Assembly: GCA_002633005.1 (NCBI GenBank)
Contig: NMRA01000139.1
Span: forward strand, 62,001 to 126,000
Length of the DNA: 64,000 bases
Source of the DNA: Phoronis australis
Lineage: Eukaryota > Animalia > Phoronida
Direction of reading: 5' to 3'
Shown: positions 49,601-61,066 of the stretch, piece by piece
Layout: every line of letters begins with the position of its first letter
Numbering within the stretch: the stretch's first letter is position 1
Notes under the pieces: generated by a model
Databases searched by the model: none
Told to the model about the DNA's origin: nothing
Seen by the model: only the letters and a program-made list of their open reading frames with translations
Translations under genes and position numbers: made by a program

Positions 49601-52600
49601 TCTTATGCTGTTTGAGTCTCATTACTAAGTCAATTTTTGGCTTAAATTGATAAAAATGAAGACTGAAATCTCAATATTATTGAAATAAAAGGGATCTATT
49701 CATGCAACTTTCCTAACATAAGGACTTCGTCCCTAATTGTTTTGACTGAATTAAGAGCTCAGTTTTTAGTTATATTAGAAAATGCCATTAGTCAAAGAAG
49801 AGCTCACACTGAAGATAAAACGGTAGAAAAAATATTTATTTACATCTGTGCCTAAAGAATGAAACAAATACAAAAAAGATTTACAGTGAATTTGGTTGAG
49901 TCCCTATTTGTGACCGTTTCGTGCAACTGGGCACAGGCCTTCATTTCATGAAACTATTTTAGTCTTAACGTAGACTGAGACAACAATGCTGTCATTCCAT
50001 CGCATGCCACGTTGTGCTTATTGAAAAATGCTGTTAACGTCGTGTCAACAATCATACTTGAGACTTGAACTTTCATGAAACGGAACCCTGGTGATACTTT
50101 AGTCTGGTTTATGACATGCCTGTCTAGTCATGTGATTAGAAATTTTAACAAGTAAACGCTTTTCATAATATCTAAAGAAGTCTTGTGGACAGTTCTGTTA
50201 CAGTGCTCCCCACAGCAGGAAATTCAAACTTGACAGTTTAAAACCGTTGATTTGGAACGGTGTGTGGTTAAACCATTGTTCTAGTTTAATGTGGTTTCCC
50301 ACATTATTCTTTTCCAGTCTACAATGCCGTTGGACTTTCCTCTTTTGACCTCTACGATGACATCGATTTCGACCAATGGTTCACCAATACGCTTCTCTCA
50401 GAACTACAGAATTCAAACTCGGAGTACGTAGACGACGGGTGCTTTTTTCTGAGCATGCATTTTTGTTGTGTGTACCAGATTTGAGTTGAGATATTAGTCT
50501 TGAGTCACTGTCAGCTGTTCTGTCTGCCGGGTTCTGTATCCGACCATGTCACCTCATTTTTATATATAACTTCAGCACTTTTTCAGGATCCAGTGTTTGT
50601 TTTGTGTATTAAAATGCACCTTGGTAAAATCATTATAAGATTACTGAAAGCAAAGATACCTGCAGACGAGGGCTTTTTTGCGACAGTTGTACAGATATTT
50701 GAGTTCGCTGGAACCTTTTAACTTGACACTGGTTGTGAGGTTTCAATCAAGAAAAATGTCAAGATAACTAACTTCTTCAAAAATGTAGTTTCCTTGAGGG
50801 TAGCTTAATTGACAATCTCTTTTCGTTGTGTTTAGTTATAGGTTGATCCGCCGCCGTGTCATCTGGTTGATTGGTCAGTGGGTAGGTGTAAAGCTGTCCA
50901 TCGGATTGAGGCCGGCTCTGTATGAGGCACTGCTCCCCCTGTTGGGGCATGGTGAGGACCTTGTGGTGAGGATTGAGGCTGCCAACACTCTCAAAACTGA
51001 TATCCTTTACATGGTCTTTGCTATGCTCATTCAGTTACCTAATGCATTTTTATTACAGTGGAATCTTGAGCAACACGGCTTGTAAACAATGTGCTTTATC
51101 ATCTGTTGTGTAAAATGACGTATGTTTTGTTAAACACGACGTTCCATTTGTTTTTAATGACCTTAGGTACAAGTTTGTATGTATGCATTTTTGTTTCTAC
51201 CCTGGGTAATTGCTGTATTCTACCATGTAAGTGCCCATGGGCGATAAGTTTTTCACAGTACAGAAAGTTGGGACAGGCGTTAAATAAGGCGTGGGTGTTT
51301 ATACATGTTCATGCAGACGTCCTCTAATCCAGTGTCCGCCCACGTGAGCTGTCTAGGTTTTTATACCACTTGCCTTCCTGTCATGGTTTTCAACTTATGT
51401 TGAAAATGCAAAATTTCAGAAACATTTAACACTATTTAGATGGGAATTACTGATAAAATTTGCAGGATTTTGTGCATTTTTAAAGAATATTTATTTCAAG
51501 ATTCAGGGGTGGGTGTGAAAATGAGCACACCTGTGCACTGAACAAACTTCACTCAAAAGTTCAGGGTGTGCATTTACTTGGCGGAATAAAGTAATCCTTC
51601 AAAGGCATTCTACATGCACCAAATATATTAGTTTCCAAAACACTTTGGATATTTTTGTCAAATTTTGTGTTGCTTGAAGTTTCCGTGCATGAGATATGTT
51701 CCTTAACTGTAGTTCACCTGTGGACGACTTTGAATTCAACACAGAACAGTTTGAGCCTTACCTGGAGACCAGTTTTAAGTTGTTGTTCCAGCTGCTTACA
51801 GAAGTGTCATCATGTGAGTCCAAGGTTGGTACAAACTGCGGGTGGAAAAACCCGTTCACTTTTCCCATCATGCAGCAGTTGAGTTGTTGATCTAGTGATG
51901 TCATATCCTGTAACGAGATGTCTGTAGGACTCTTGTGCCTCCAGATGTACTCGGTACTTCCAGTTAATTGGCCTTTTTATGGATAGTGCGTGACATCATA
52001 TACACAAAGGATTGTGAGATATCCCTCTTCCAAATCTGTCCCATCAGTAGAAATAGATACATGATCTGCTGACATCTTTTCATGAAACAGTTACAGTTCA
52101 GTTTATTGTAGATACAAGAAAACAAGTGGTATCTACCCAATATCAACTGCCAGGCTGAGCTTACAGAGCAGGAAAGTCACACTTCCTTGACTCTAGATTG
52201 CTTTCTTGCATCCTGCTTTTGATTGTGCGCACGCCGTTTTCTCTTGTCGTAAAAAGGTCGATCGCCTCATTCAGAGTGATTGGTGACCCATTCCAAGCTG
52301 TTTTGCTAGATTGAACTTCATTGTGTCACTGTTTTATGCATTTCATGCGTGACGTGGTCGGAGATTGTAAGAGATTTTACTGCATTTCTTCATATTCTAA
52401 GCAGTCGCCGTTTGATCAAGGCAAGTTGGGGTGTTCTTGTGGCTCATTCAAAACATCCAGTGTCGCGAAAGGTGCTTGTATGAGAGAAATTGTGTTCACG
52501 ACAGACACATAGTTGTTTCATCATCGTTTCTTGATTTTGAATTTTACTGGAGTATCATCTTCCATTTGCCACATGTTTTTGTTTTACCCAATAGATGCTT

Positions 52601-55600
52601 GTGCTCAATGTCATGTCATTTGTGATTGAGCGTTCCGGTGCCAACATCCGTCCTCACGCTTCTAACCTACTACAGTACCTCCCCCTATTGTGGCAGGAGT
52701 CGGAGGAACACAACATGCTTAGGTGTGCTATACTCACCACGCTCACACATCTGGTGCAGGTAGGTCAAAGGTCATCATAATCAGCTAGGTCATTATCGTG
52801 TTTTTCAGACCCCTATGTCATTTTTTTGAAGATCGTAAATACAGACGAATTGTAACGGTCAGAAATTTTTTTTTGTTTTTAAGATTGTGTAGCATTCAGT
52901 TGCAGTTTAAATCATGTATCTGTGGTCTGGTGAAAACTTCTTTCCTACCAGCAACCTTAACATTTCCATTGACTAATCAAATCTGAGATGAGTAGATTTA
53001 TTTATATACAGATTGTTCATCCACATAAAATTTTTTACTGATCAAGAATCTCAGTGTGTGTTTGAAGCAAGGCGCTCTATTCATCTGTAGGTTATTTAAA
53101 ATGACTGATGGTGCTCAATTTAGTTTAAAACAAAAATAGGAAGTTAAGTTACCTAAAAGTTGTTATATCTTGATTGTTTTGCTCACAGAAAGGTTTGGAA
53201 AAGGTCATTAGTATCGATAAGTGAATTACCTGATATTAAAATACTGTTCTGTGCAGTGGGGAAAATTGCCTTCTTGCGTCTTCCAAGTCACTGAAATAAA
53301 ATTCACGAGTGTGAACATAATTGTTCTTCGCTTATTTTGTACATTGCCAGCATTGTCATTCCATTCTACTAAGTTTTCAAAGGCTATTTACCTTGGTGCG
53401 AATGATGGAAACTTTGCAAAGTGTTGTTTTAATATGACAGCTACACGGGTTAAACCAAGTTATGAGGACAATATATTTTCTTAATTGTCATCTTTGTGTG
53501 GAAATTTGGATGAAGTAAGATTTCACAATTCCGCCATTTTTGGCCTTGAATAGGTGAAGAGTTGTTGTGTATAAAAGTGTGCAAAACTGAGTAGATTGTG
53601 CACATCAGATTTGGTTATGTGTTTCTGACAAGCATAATTTCATTTGATACCTGCCCTGCCATTTTGACTATCATGGTTTTAATGCTGCTTTCTGTGAACT
53701 TTAACCCAGGGTCTGGGTGAGATCAGCCTGACCATGTACGAGTTCTTGCTGCCGGTCATCCAACTGTCGACAGACATAAACCAACAAGCACATGTCTATC
53801 TACTGGAAGATGGCTTGGAATTATGGGACGTCACTCTTTGTAACACACCACGGCTGACGCCAGAGTTGCTGCGACTGTTCATTAACCTACCCCCTCTGTT
53901 GGGTGAGTCCATTTCTTGTCTATCAGTTGTGTAGTCACCCTGGGGCTGTCTTACTCTCTAATTAGTGTAGTCTAGAGTCTGGCAGTATTCACATGTCAGT
54001 TTTCATCAGCTGTCACTTCTAATTTGTTGCCATTTTGAATAGCTAAATCAAATATTGCTGTAAATTTAAATTGATATGTTCCAAACAAATTAAGATTTAT
54101 GGAAAAAATCTCGGTCTGAAAACTGAATATACACCTTTCATTTTTGGATGATCTTCATATGTGATGGCAGTTGTCTGACATTAAGCTGATTTATGTTTTA
54201 GAATATGGCACGGAGAATCTTCAGGTGTGTCTGAAGGTAATAGAGTCTTACGTTGTACTGGGGCAGAAACAGTTCATGGAGGTAAGCTGAAGTTCACAGA
54301 TGTGTCTGACACAATGTATTGGAAAGTGTTGTGATAATCTGTGTAATGACTCACTACCTGCGCACGTTCTTATCTCGTGTTAGTACTTGGGAGATTCTGG
54401 AAAGGAATAAAGCTGAACATTCGGTGATAGCTGTTCAGTCATTTCCAGGGCTGTCCAGTTTGCTAGACATGTATGCTGCAAAAGCTAACCATTCTGTCGA
54501 AAACCAACTTTGGACTTAAGCCACTTGCTGATTTAAAATCATCTTCGTCCTCGCTCAGCTCAGATACAATTTCTAGGCCCCTTTTTTATTGTTTCAAGTT
54601 AGGCCCATTAAGTTCCTTGCCACAGCAGTTTAGTTTCGATTGCCAAGATAGTATGGCCGACCAGGGAATTCCAGGTAACCTATGGTAACCAATTTCAATT
54701 CAGACAACGGAACATGATGTTGAATACATCTCGGAAGATTGGTGATATTTTTAATACCAGGTCATGGCTTATTACGGCTTGTAGGTCTCGAGCTTGAGTG
54801 ATTGGTCAATAGATGTCACCTTATTGTACATGCCCCTGTTCACCTTGGTACTTGTGAAGCTACACTTGTAGTGTCTTTCCTTTCGCAATGTTGCAGGAGT
54901 ATTCGTCAATTCTCGTACCGTCGTTGTGCAGCGTTTTAACTGATCTGAAGACAGAGGGAGTCATCATGGTTCTAAAGGTGAGAGTTTGTAATTTTTTCGA
55001 GAAGTTTGAAGTGTGTCTGTCATTATCATTTTTGGTTTAATACATAGTTCTGTATACTCAGATCAATGCAGCTCTTTGCTATTCAATATTTATTGGACAA
55101 ACTCCAAATGTGGACTTAGCAGAGTCACGCTGTATCATGTGGCGCCCATCACGCCTGTCTGTTACCAGTGAACAAGCTTGGAGTTGGTTCTCAAAGCTGC
55201 ACACAAAAGGTGTCTGATTTCTTTCAAATAATAGTCTTGTGCATCAGAGTGATAGCCCTTTACTGACTCTAGTCTTGGTAAGTGTCAACAACGTGTCTGT
55301 AGAAGTCGCGTACACGATTGTGATGTCAATCGTTTGTACGCAATGGCAATCACGACTTCTGTTTCCAAATTTGAAGGCACGCTTTCACCGTTCTGAAAGT
55401 AAACTGGATGACATTACTTTGGTGGACGATATCGGAATGGAGATCTTTTAAAGTTAATTTTTTGCTAAGTTGAGGCTGGCATTGATGTGAGTGTGGGTAT
55501 TTACTGGAATTTTTGAAGAATATGAGTTTGACCTAAAATCCGTTTTTGCCATTTTTCACGACTATACAGTAAACATCTCAAAACGTTGCTGGACGTAATG

Positions 55601-58600
55601 CTGGAAGTAATGCTGAAAGCGCGACATTTGTTTAGGCATCTCTGGGTAAAGTTAAAAATATCCTAAGTATTAATACATGTTTCTACAGAAATCAGCACTA
55701 AAAATTTAATGTGCTTTTATTCACAAAACACATAATTACAGATTTCAGGTAAAGCAGAAACTGCACGTGTTCTCGTTCTCCAAGGTTACATGTACAGGCT
55801 GCTGTGACCTGAAATGAACTCAGTCTTTTGATGTTCACCATTTCTCTCCATCCTCCTATCTCAGTGGCAGTGGTGTTTGTATTCTCTTTGTTGCATTCAC
55901 AGGTCTTCCTTGTCTTTCCTTCCAGGTTGTTGACCTGATCTTCAAAGTGTTTCCTGTCGAGGGTCCTCAGGTGTTTAGGCCTCTTTTACCAACCATATAT
56001 ATGGCATGCCTTACTGGGGAGGTAAGTAAAGGACATGTAACACTCTCATTGCCAACCATATTTCAAGCATGCTTTACTTGTGAGATAAATGATTAACTGA
56101 TAAGTCTCCTTTTGCCAACCATACATCCTGTGTTTATGAGACACGATCTGGAAATAATCTGACATCTTTTAGTCTTGATGAAATGTAGGTTACTGGGCTA
56201 AATTTTTATGTTTGTTGCTGTGAGGCTAGGGTTATGACCTAAGTGTTCTATAACTTTCCAAGAATGCTGTTTCAGTAGTCCTGGTGGAGGACATCACAAA
56301 CAATCTTGTTATTCCAGGAGCAGACCTATGTGCAGTCTGTCTACATGTGTCTCCTGTCCAGAATCATTGTTCAGAACAACCGGCTGTTCTGGGTTTTTCT
56401 TGATGAGTACGCCAGAAGCAACCAGAGAGATGTGAGTTGCATGCTTTTGGTATGAGAGCTGAACAAATGACGAGACGTACCATCAAATGATGACATAGGT
56501 TTCTTCTGTGAATCGTATGGTTTTGTTATTTTGTCATAATTTCGTTGTAATGCCAATGTTTGACTAAACACCCACCATGTATTTTCTTGGAAACGCGCAT
56601 GTTTCGATACCAGTAATTCACTTTTTGCACAGAAGTAGTTAACATTCTTTCACATTTTTATAAGGCTGATTACTTTACTACAGATAATGGAAAATTTACT
56701 GAAAGTAGTGTGATGACACCCACATAGTACAAGTCACGCTAGCAATTGGCTAAGATTTATGTAAAAATTGACCAAATAGATTTTCACTTGTCAGCCACAA
56801 GGTGTGCTAAATAAGTGAAGAATTGCCGCATAAGTGGCAATGGTGGGCTATAACGTGTCGGTATTTTGAGTACCAGTTTGATGCCCATTATTGAGTGGAG
56901 AAAACTGGTTCTCAAAATTCAGGCGTGTAATATCCGACCATTACCATATAAGTTGTTCCTCAATCTACACAATTGGACTTGTGCAGTGACCATGCCTTTA
57001 TTAACGCCAATCCATGGAGGATTTCAGTGTCTAAGATGTATGCGTTTTGAGTGCCTTTTTCTTTGTTCTTTTTTATTAAGAAAAACAACCACGATTTTAG
57101 ATCGACTTGACATGTTTCGGTGTCATTTATTCAAACACCATCATCAGGAGAGAGAATATAGTGGCCACCTAGCTAGGCCCATCAACAACTAATGCAGCAC
57201 AGATACAGTCTGTTCTGTTTTCCAACGATGTATTATTTGGAACTTGCAGATGAAGTGTCTGAGTGATACGTAAACGCTACTACCTGAGTGTTAACCCAGT
57301 CAGTCATGTGGGTAAATGATTCATTATTGTGGTTGCAAAAACATATTTTTCTTACAGAGCAATCAGTTGCTAGACGACATGTTGCATGTGACCTTTGATA
57401 AGCTAGACTGCATAGCACAGCAAGAATGGCGGAAAATGGTTGCCATGGCAATGGCTACATTCATCCCAAATAGCAACGGGTGAGTGATAATTTTCGCTGT
57501 GTGTCGTGGTGGAGGAGTGGCAGTGTGCCCAGAGCCGTGAATTAATGAACGCTCGCGCGTTGATGACTGAAAATTTTATTGTACTGTGGGCCAATAGCCT
57601 TGAAGTTAACAATAAAGTCTAGCAATAGTTGTGACTGGCAGTAGGTCTGGTTGCAGTATCTGACGGAACATTTTCAGGATTTAGAAGTGAGGAAGTTGTA
57701 TGATCCTATAGCACTGGAATTACATTATTAAACAATTTTTATTAAAAAGTCATTTAAAGTGTACACCCAGATTGGATGCAGTTTTCTAAAAAAATCATTG
57801 GTTGTGTATGCATATACATTATATAATTATGTAATTATATGTACGTGTACATGTATTATATAATTTATGTATATTTGTATAGATGTCATGACAATTGGTT
57901 CAAGCAAAAATTCTGACCCTTCTTAAACTCAACAGAGCTTGCTTGTGAATGTAAAGGTGCGGCACCTACTTAAATGTATTGAATATTCATGGAAAGAGGA
58001 AGACTGGTGATTTTGCTGATTGAATTTTATTTTTCATCATGCTGTATGTTCTAGATACTTAATTTGTGGATATCATCAACACTGGCTGAATTAAAAAAGA
58101 AAGTGCAATTGTTCTGATAACTTGCAATTCATTAGAAATGTGCAGGTCACACAGTTGGGCCCCTAACACGAAACACCAGAACTCGCAAGAGCTCTCATAT
58201 CCGTCAACAGGTTATTTGTGACAACATTCAAGTTTGCCTGTACCTTTAAAAAAAATAATAATAATTGCAGGCGGTCTGATACACGTTGTGCCAGACGTGC
58301 GCAGGCCTCTCATGTGGGCCCATTGCACTGATCACCTGGAAATATTTTTATGCTTTATTAATATATCGTTAAAACTGAGCTGAGGAGCTAGAAACCTGGC
58401 TCAAGGGTTTAGCAGTGTGACCTGGTGGGACTCGAACTCACGACCTCAAGTAAAGAAAGCGGGGAACTTATCAACCAGGCCACACTGTACCTTTTAAGAT
58501 GATGGACACTTTTCCACATGTTGCCATGCACTATATGTTGTAGACATGCTATGGTGCCATGCAGTAGCTTGCTTCATAGCCTATGAAAAGCTGGGCAAGA

Positions 58601-61066
58601 CTGAGGTATTTCAATATTCAGTATCATTCTCGGGACATACTGGGTAACCCCTATGCCCCATGGTGTGTCCGTGTCGGGCTACGTCACAGGGACCTGTTAG
58701 AAATTTGATGGCTGAATGAAACTACTTTTGAATTTCTGCAGTAATGCTTTGTTCACTCTCCCAGAGAAACAACAAGAGTCTCTGTAAGCCCAGTACCCAG
58801 TTGTTTTTGCTTTTGTCTCTGTTATGCCTCGTTTTTGTCTATTTCAGCGTGGTGGTGCAGAACTTTGGTGAGATAATCAACGTCTGTGTCCAAGTACTCC
58901 ATGATGTTATGAACAAGGACCATGCATCGGAGCAGTATACAGAGTAAGGCTGCCATTTGTAGCTGATGCCTAGTTGACATTTATGTATGTAAGCTTGTGC
59001 CGTTTATTCCTCAGATTCGGGCAGATATAGTGAGCAGCTCCCTACGTTACTATTTATTTTTGTTACTGTCGTCGTAGATTTTTTTCTTTGAGTTGGTTCG
59101 TGAGTTGCGTGATTACAAGCGAAAGACTCACAACTGTGAAAGCGTACCTGTGTCTTTGTTTATTGTTGCTGGTGTTAGTAATTTTATGTTGCCTTCTGAA
59201 ATACATGACGATATCTCACGATGTTCTTGCGTTGTTGAGTGATTCTTGCCTCTGTGGAGCACACGCCAGTTCACGTCATTTATATTGCAGCTCATTGGTT
59301 TTTGTGGTGGATCAGGCCGATTGTGATGAAGAGGTTGACACAGAGCACGAGAAGAGGAAGAGACAGGTATTGTGGGATAGCATTGCAGTGGAGCTTAATG
59401 TCATACCCTCAACGTAAACTGTGATAATAAGTGGGATGTTCTGTTTAATGGTTTCAGACTTGGTGGCGATCGTAACCACTCTGACTAGCTGACGGTGCTA
59501 AGTAGAGAGTGAGGGTAAGATGGTTCAACAGGAAACAACTGGTCTTTACTACCAGCAGCTAGTCTAGTAGTGAGTTGAAGATGAATGAGGTTGGGTTTTA
59601 GATAGAAAAGCAAAGGTACATTTATTTATGAGAATCAATTTTTGCTGATTTTTACTTAGAGCATCAAGAAGTGTGACAATAAGTCATGACGTCGTTTGGG
59701 TATTTTTCATGAGTTTAATGAGACGCAATTCCTTTTTCGATAATTTGTGGCAATAACTGGGACATTCTGTTATCAGGTATGACACTAAAAAGGCTTCATC
59801 GAACTAATTATGGTGATCATGTCGCAACTGGTTGATGACAAAACCAGTTGAATAAAGTACTCAAAAATTGACTTGGGTGGCCCTAGTAATACCACTTGTC
59901 GGCATAAATGCTTGCCTCCAGGTTGTCATGTGGGACCTGCGTCTTCCAAAGCCACCCATGCTGGTAAACAGCTATTCATTTTCAGTTTGTTCAGTTAACA
60001 TAAAGAGATAGGCCTACTTCACGAGCACCACCTGGTGGATAACAGGTCTCCCACTAGAAATGTACTACTTAGTGGATAACAAGCTCCTCTCTAGAAATGT
60101 AATTGTTTTGTCAATAAACAGTCTCTATTGTTTAATTTGTGCCGGTGGTTGCCCGTTTCATGCTGGTCAGTAGGATTAGATTAGTCAAACAATGGCAGAT
60201 GTCATCATCTGAATGAAGTCACAGAGTACCCTGCAGTGTTAATTGGATGATGAACCAAGCCTTGAATGGAGGGACCAGTTTAATTGGTGGCAGGGATCAA
60301 AGGTCAAACTCCTTTGACAGCTCCATACTTTGTGTTAGTTGAAAGCAATTTTTACGTTTCTCATCAACCAGGTTCTTATTTGCGTTTTAAAGTTTTATCA
60401 CAGTCATTCTTGTATAAATGCGTAATAGTTTACATTTCTCATCAAACTTCTGTGCTTATCATGCACACATGCGGTTGGTACTCCTTAAATGGTGTTCTAA
60501 TTGTCTGCTCCCGTGTAAAAACCTAAAAGTGTTTTTTTATGGATATAATTAGCTCATACGTCCATGAAGTATCGCTGTATTTACCCAGTTTCAGTCATTG
60601 GTCATATAAAGACCGTCAATCACAAGCTCCGCCCCCTTACACAAGGTCAACAACAAACAATAAGTTTTATCCAGCAACGTTTTGTTTGTCGGGTAAAATG
60701 GCAGCTTGGAAACGAAGGTGTGTCAAGAATGCAATGTTCTGATTGGTAAGTTAAGCCGTCACTCAAAATCCTGGTGATAGGTCAATGATCAGGTTGAGAC
60801 CAATTTTATAGTGCTCAGTGCTCTAAATCATAATTGCATGGAACGCAGGTTTATAACTGCAGCTGTAAGCTAATGTTTTACTCTAAATCTTATCTCTTCT
60901 CCCCCAGCTCACTTACCAAGACCCTGTACACTCCACCTCGTTGAGAGACTTTGTCGTGGGCCAACTGGGGGAGCTGGGTCGGCAGTGTGGCATGGAGACT
61001 CTACATCAACGCATGCAGTCCGTCGACATGGATGTCTCGTCGCAGCTGCAGTGGTTTCTGAGGTGA
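37628..61066 (+). CDS. IPO11: importin-11, 972 aa, 25 coding exons
   Basis: Exons: 37628-37765, 38340-38440, 39485-39557, 39963-40166, 42560-42692, 43922-44029, 45038-45108, 45813-45912, 46968-47060, 47888-48043, 48526-48566, 49288-49429, 50318-50423, 50836-50999, 51718-51824, 52595-52759, 53710-53902, 54202-54281, 54897-54977, 55926-56021, 56318-56431, 57358-57479, 58848-58943, 59291-59366, 60908-61066; total 2919 nt in frame. The N-terminus MDLSSAGAIVLETLGRACSQDANILKPAEAQLKEWDAQPGFY and motifs RWLAVLYFKNGIERYWRK, WQESEEHNMLRCAIL and HVYLLEDGLELW match importin-11. Confidence 0.96.
41051..42229. mobile_element. non-autonomous hAT-like element, 1179 bp, with 6-bp TSD
   Basis: TIRs CAGGGCTTGGAAT / ATTCAAAGCCCTG; perfect flanking direct repeat CAACTG; same family as 13027-13526. 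Confidence 0.88.
45185..45593. mobile_element. MITE (~410 bp), with a second copy in opposite orientation at ~49508-49933
   Basis: Ends GCCGGGTTGCTTGAAACAGTCCCAAATGGGAACTC / GAGTCCCTATTAGGGACTGCTTCATGCAGCCGGC. The internal sequence matches the reverse complement of 49720-49933. Confidence 0.7.
48640..48910. repeat. ~43-bp tandem repeat, ~6 degenerate units
   Basis: Unit approximately TTTTCTAATGAATATTCAGTGTCAGATACAGGCTGTGCTTCATA. Confidence 0.8.
49002..49109 (+). ncRNA. intronic box C/D guide RNA (snoRNA/scaRNA), predicted to target U12 snRNA
   Basis: Perfect 8-bp terminal stem TTCAGATC (49002-49009) / GATCTGAA (49102-49109); C box GTGATGA (49011-49017); D' box CCGA (49046-49049); D box CTGA (49098-49101). 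The guide TTTCCTTACTCAT (49033-49045) is complementary to U12 AUGAGUAAGGAAA. It lies on the same strand as the IPO11 host intron (48567-49287). Confidence 0.8.
49508..49933. mobile_element. MITE, sister copy of 45185-45593
   Basis: CTCGGTTGTATGAAACAGTCCCAAATAGGGA ... GTCCCTATTTGTGACCGTTTCGTGCAACTGGG. Confidence 0.65.
51000..51717 (+). other. U12-type AT-AC intron of IPO11
   Basis: 5' splice site ATATCCTTTAC at 51000; perfect branch site TTCCTTAAC at 51699-51707; terminal AC at 51716-51717. Splicing gives in-frame TLKTAVDDFEF. Confidence 0.97.
57105..57152 (-). ncRNA. minimal type I hammerhead ribozyme (Penelope-associated type), partly degenerate
   Basis: Minus strand: CTGATGA-T-GGTGT(ttgaataaatg)ACACC-GAAAC-ATGTC. 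Core boxes are intact, stem II is 5 bp, stem III is the palindrome ACATGT, and the cleavage triplet is GTC. Stem I is weak. Confidence 0.65.
58150..58490 (-). mobile_element. tRNA-derived SINE
   Basis: Minus-strand head CAGTGTGGCCTGGTTGATAAG...GAGGTCGTGAGTTCGAGTCCCACCAGGTCAC with A/B boxes, followed by a non-tRNA body. The 3' boundary is approximate. Confidence 0.55.
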
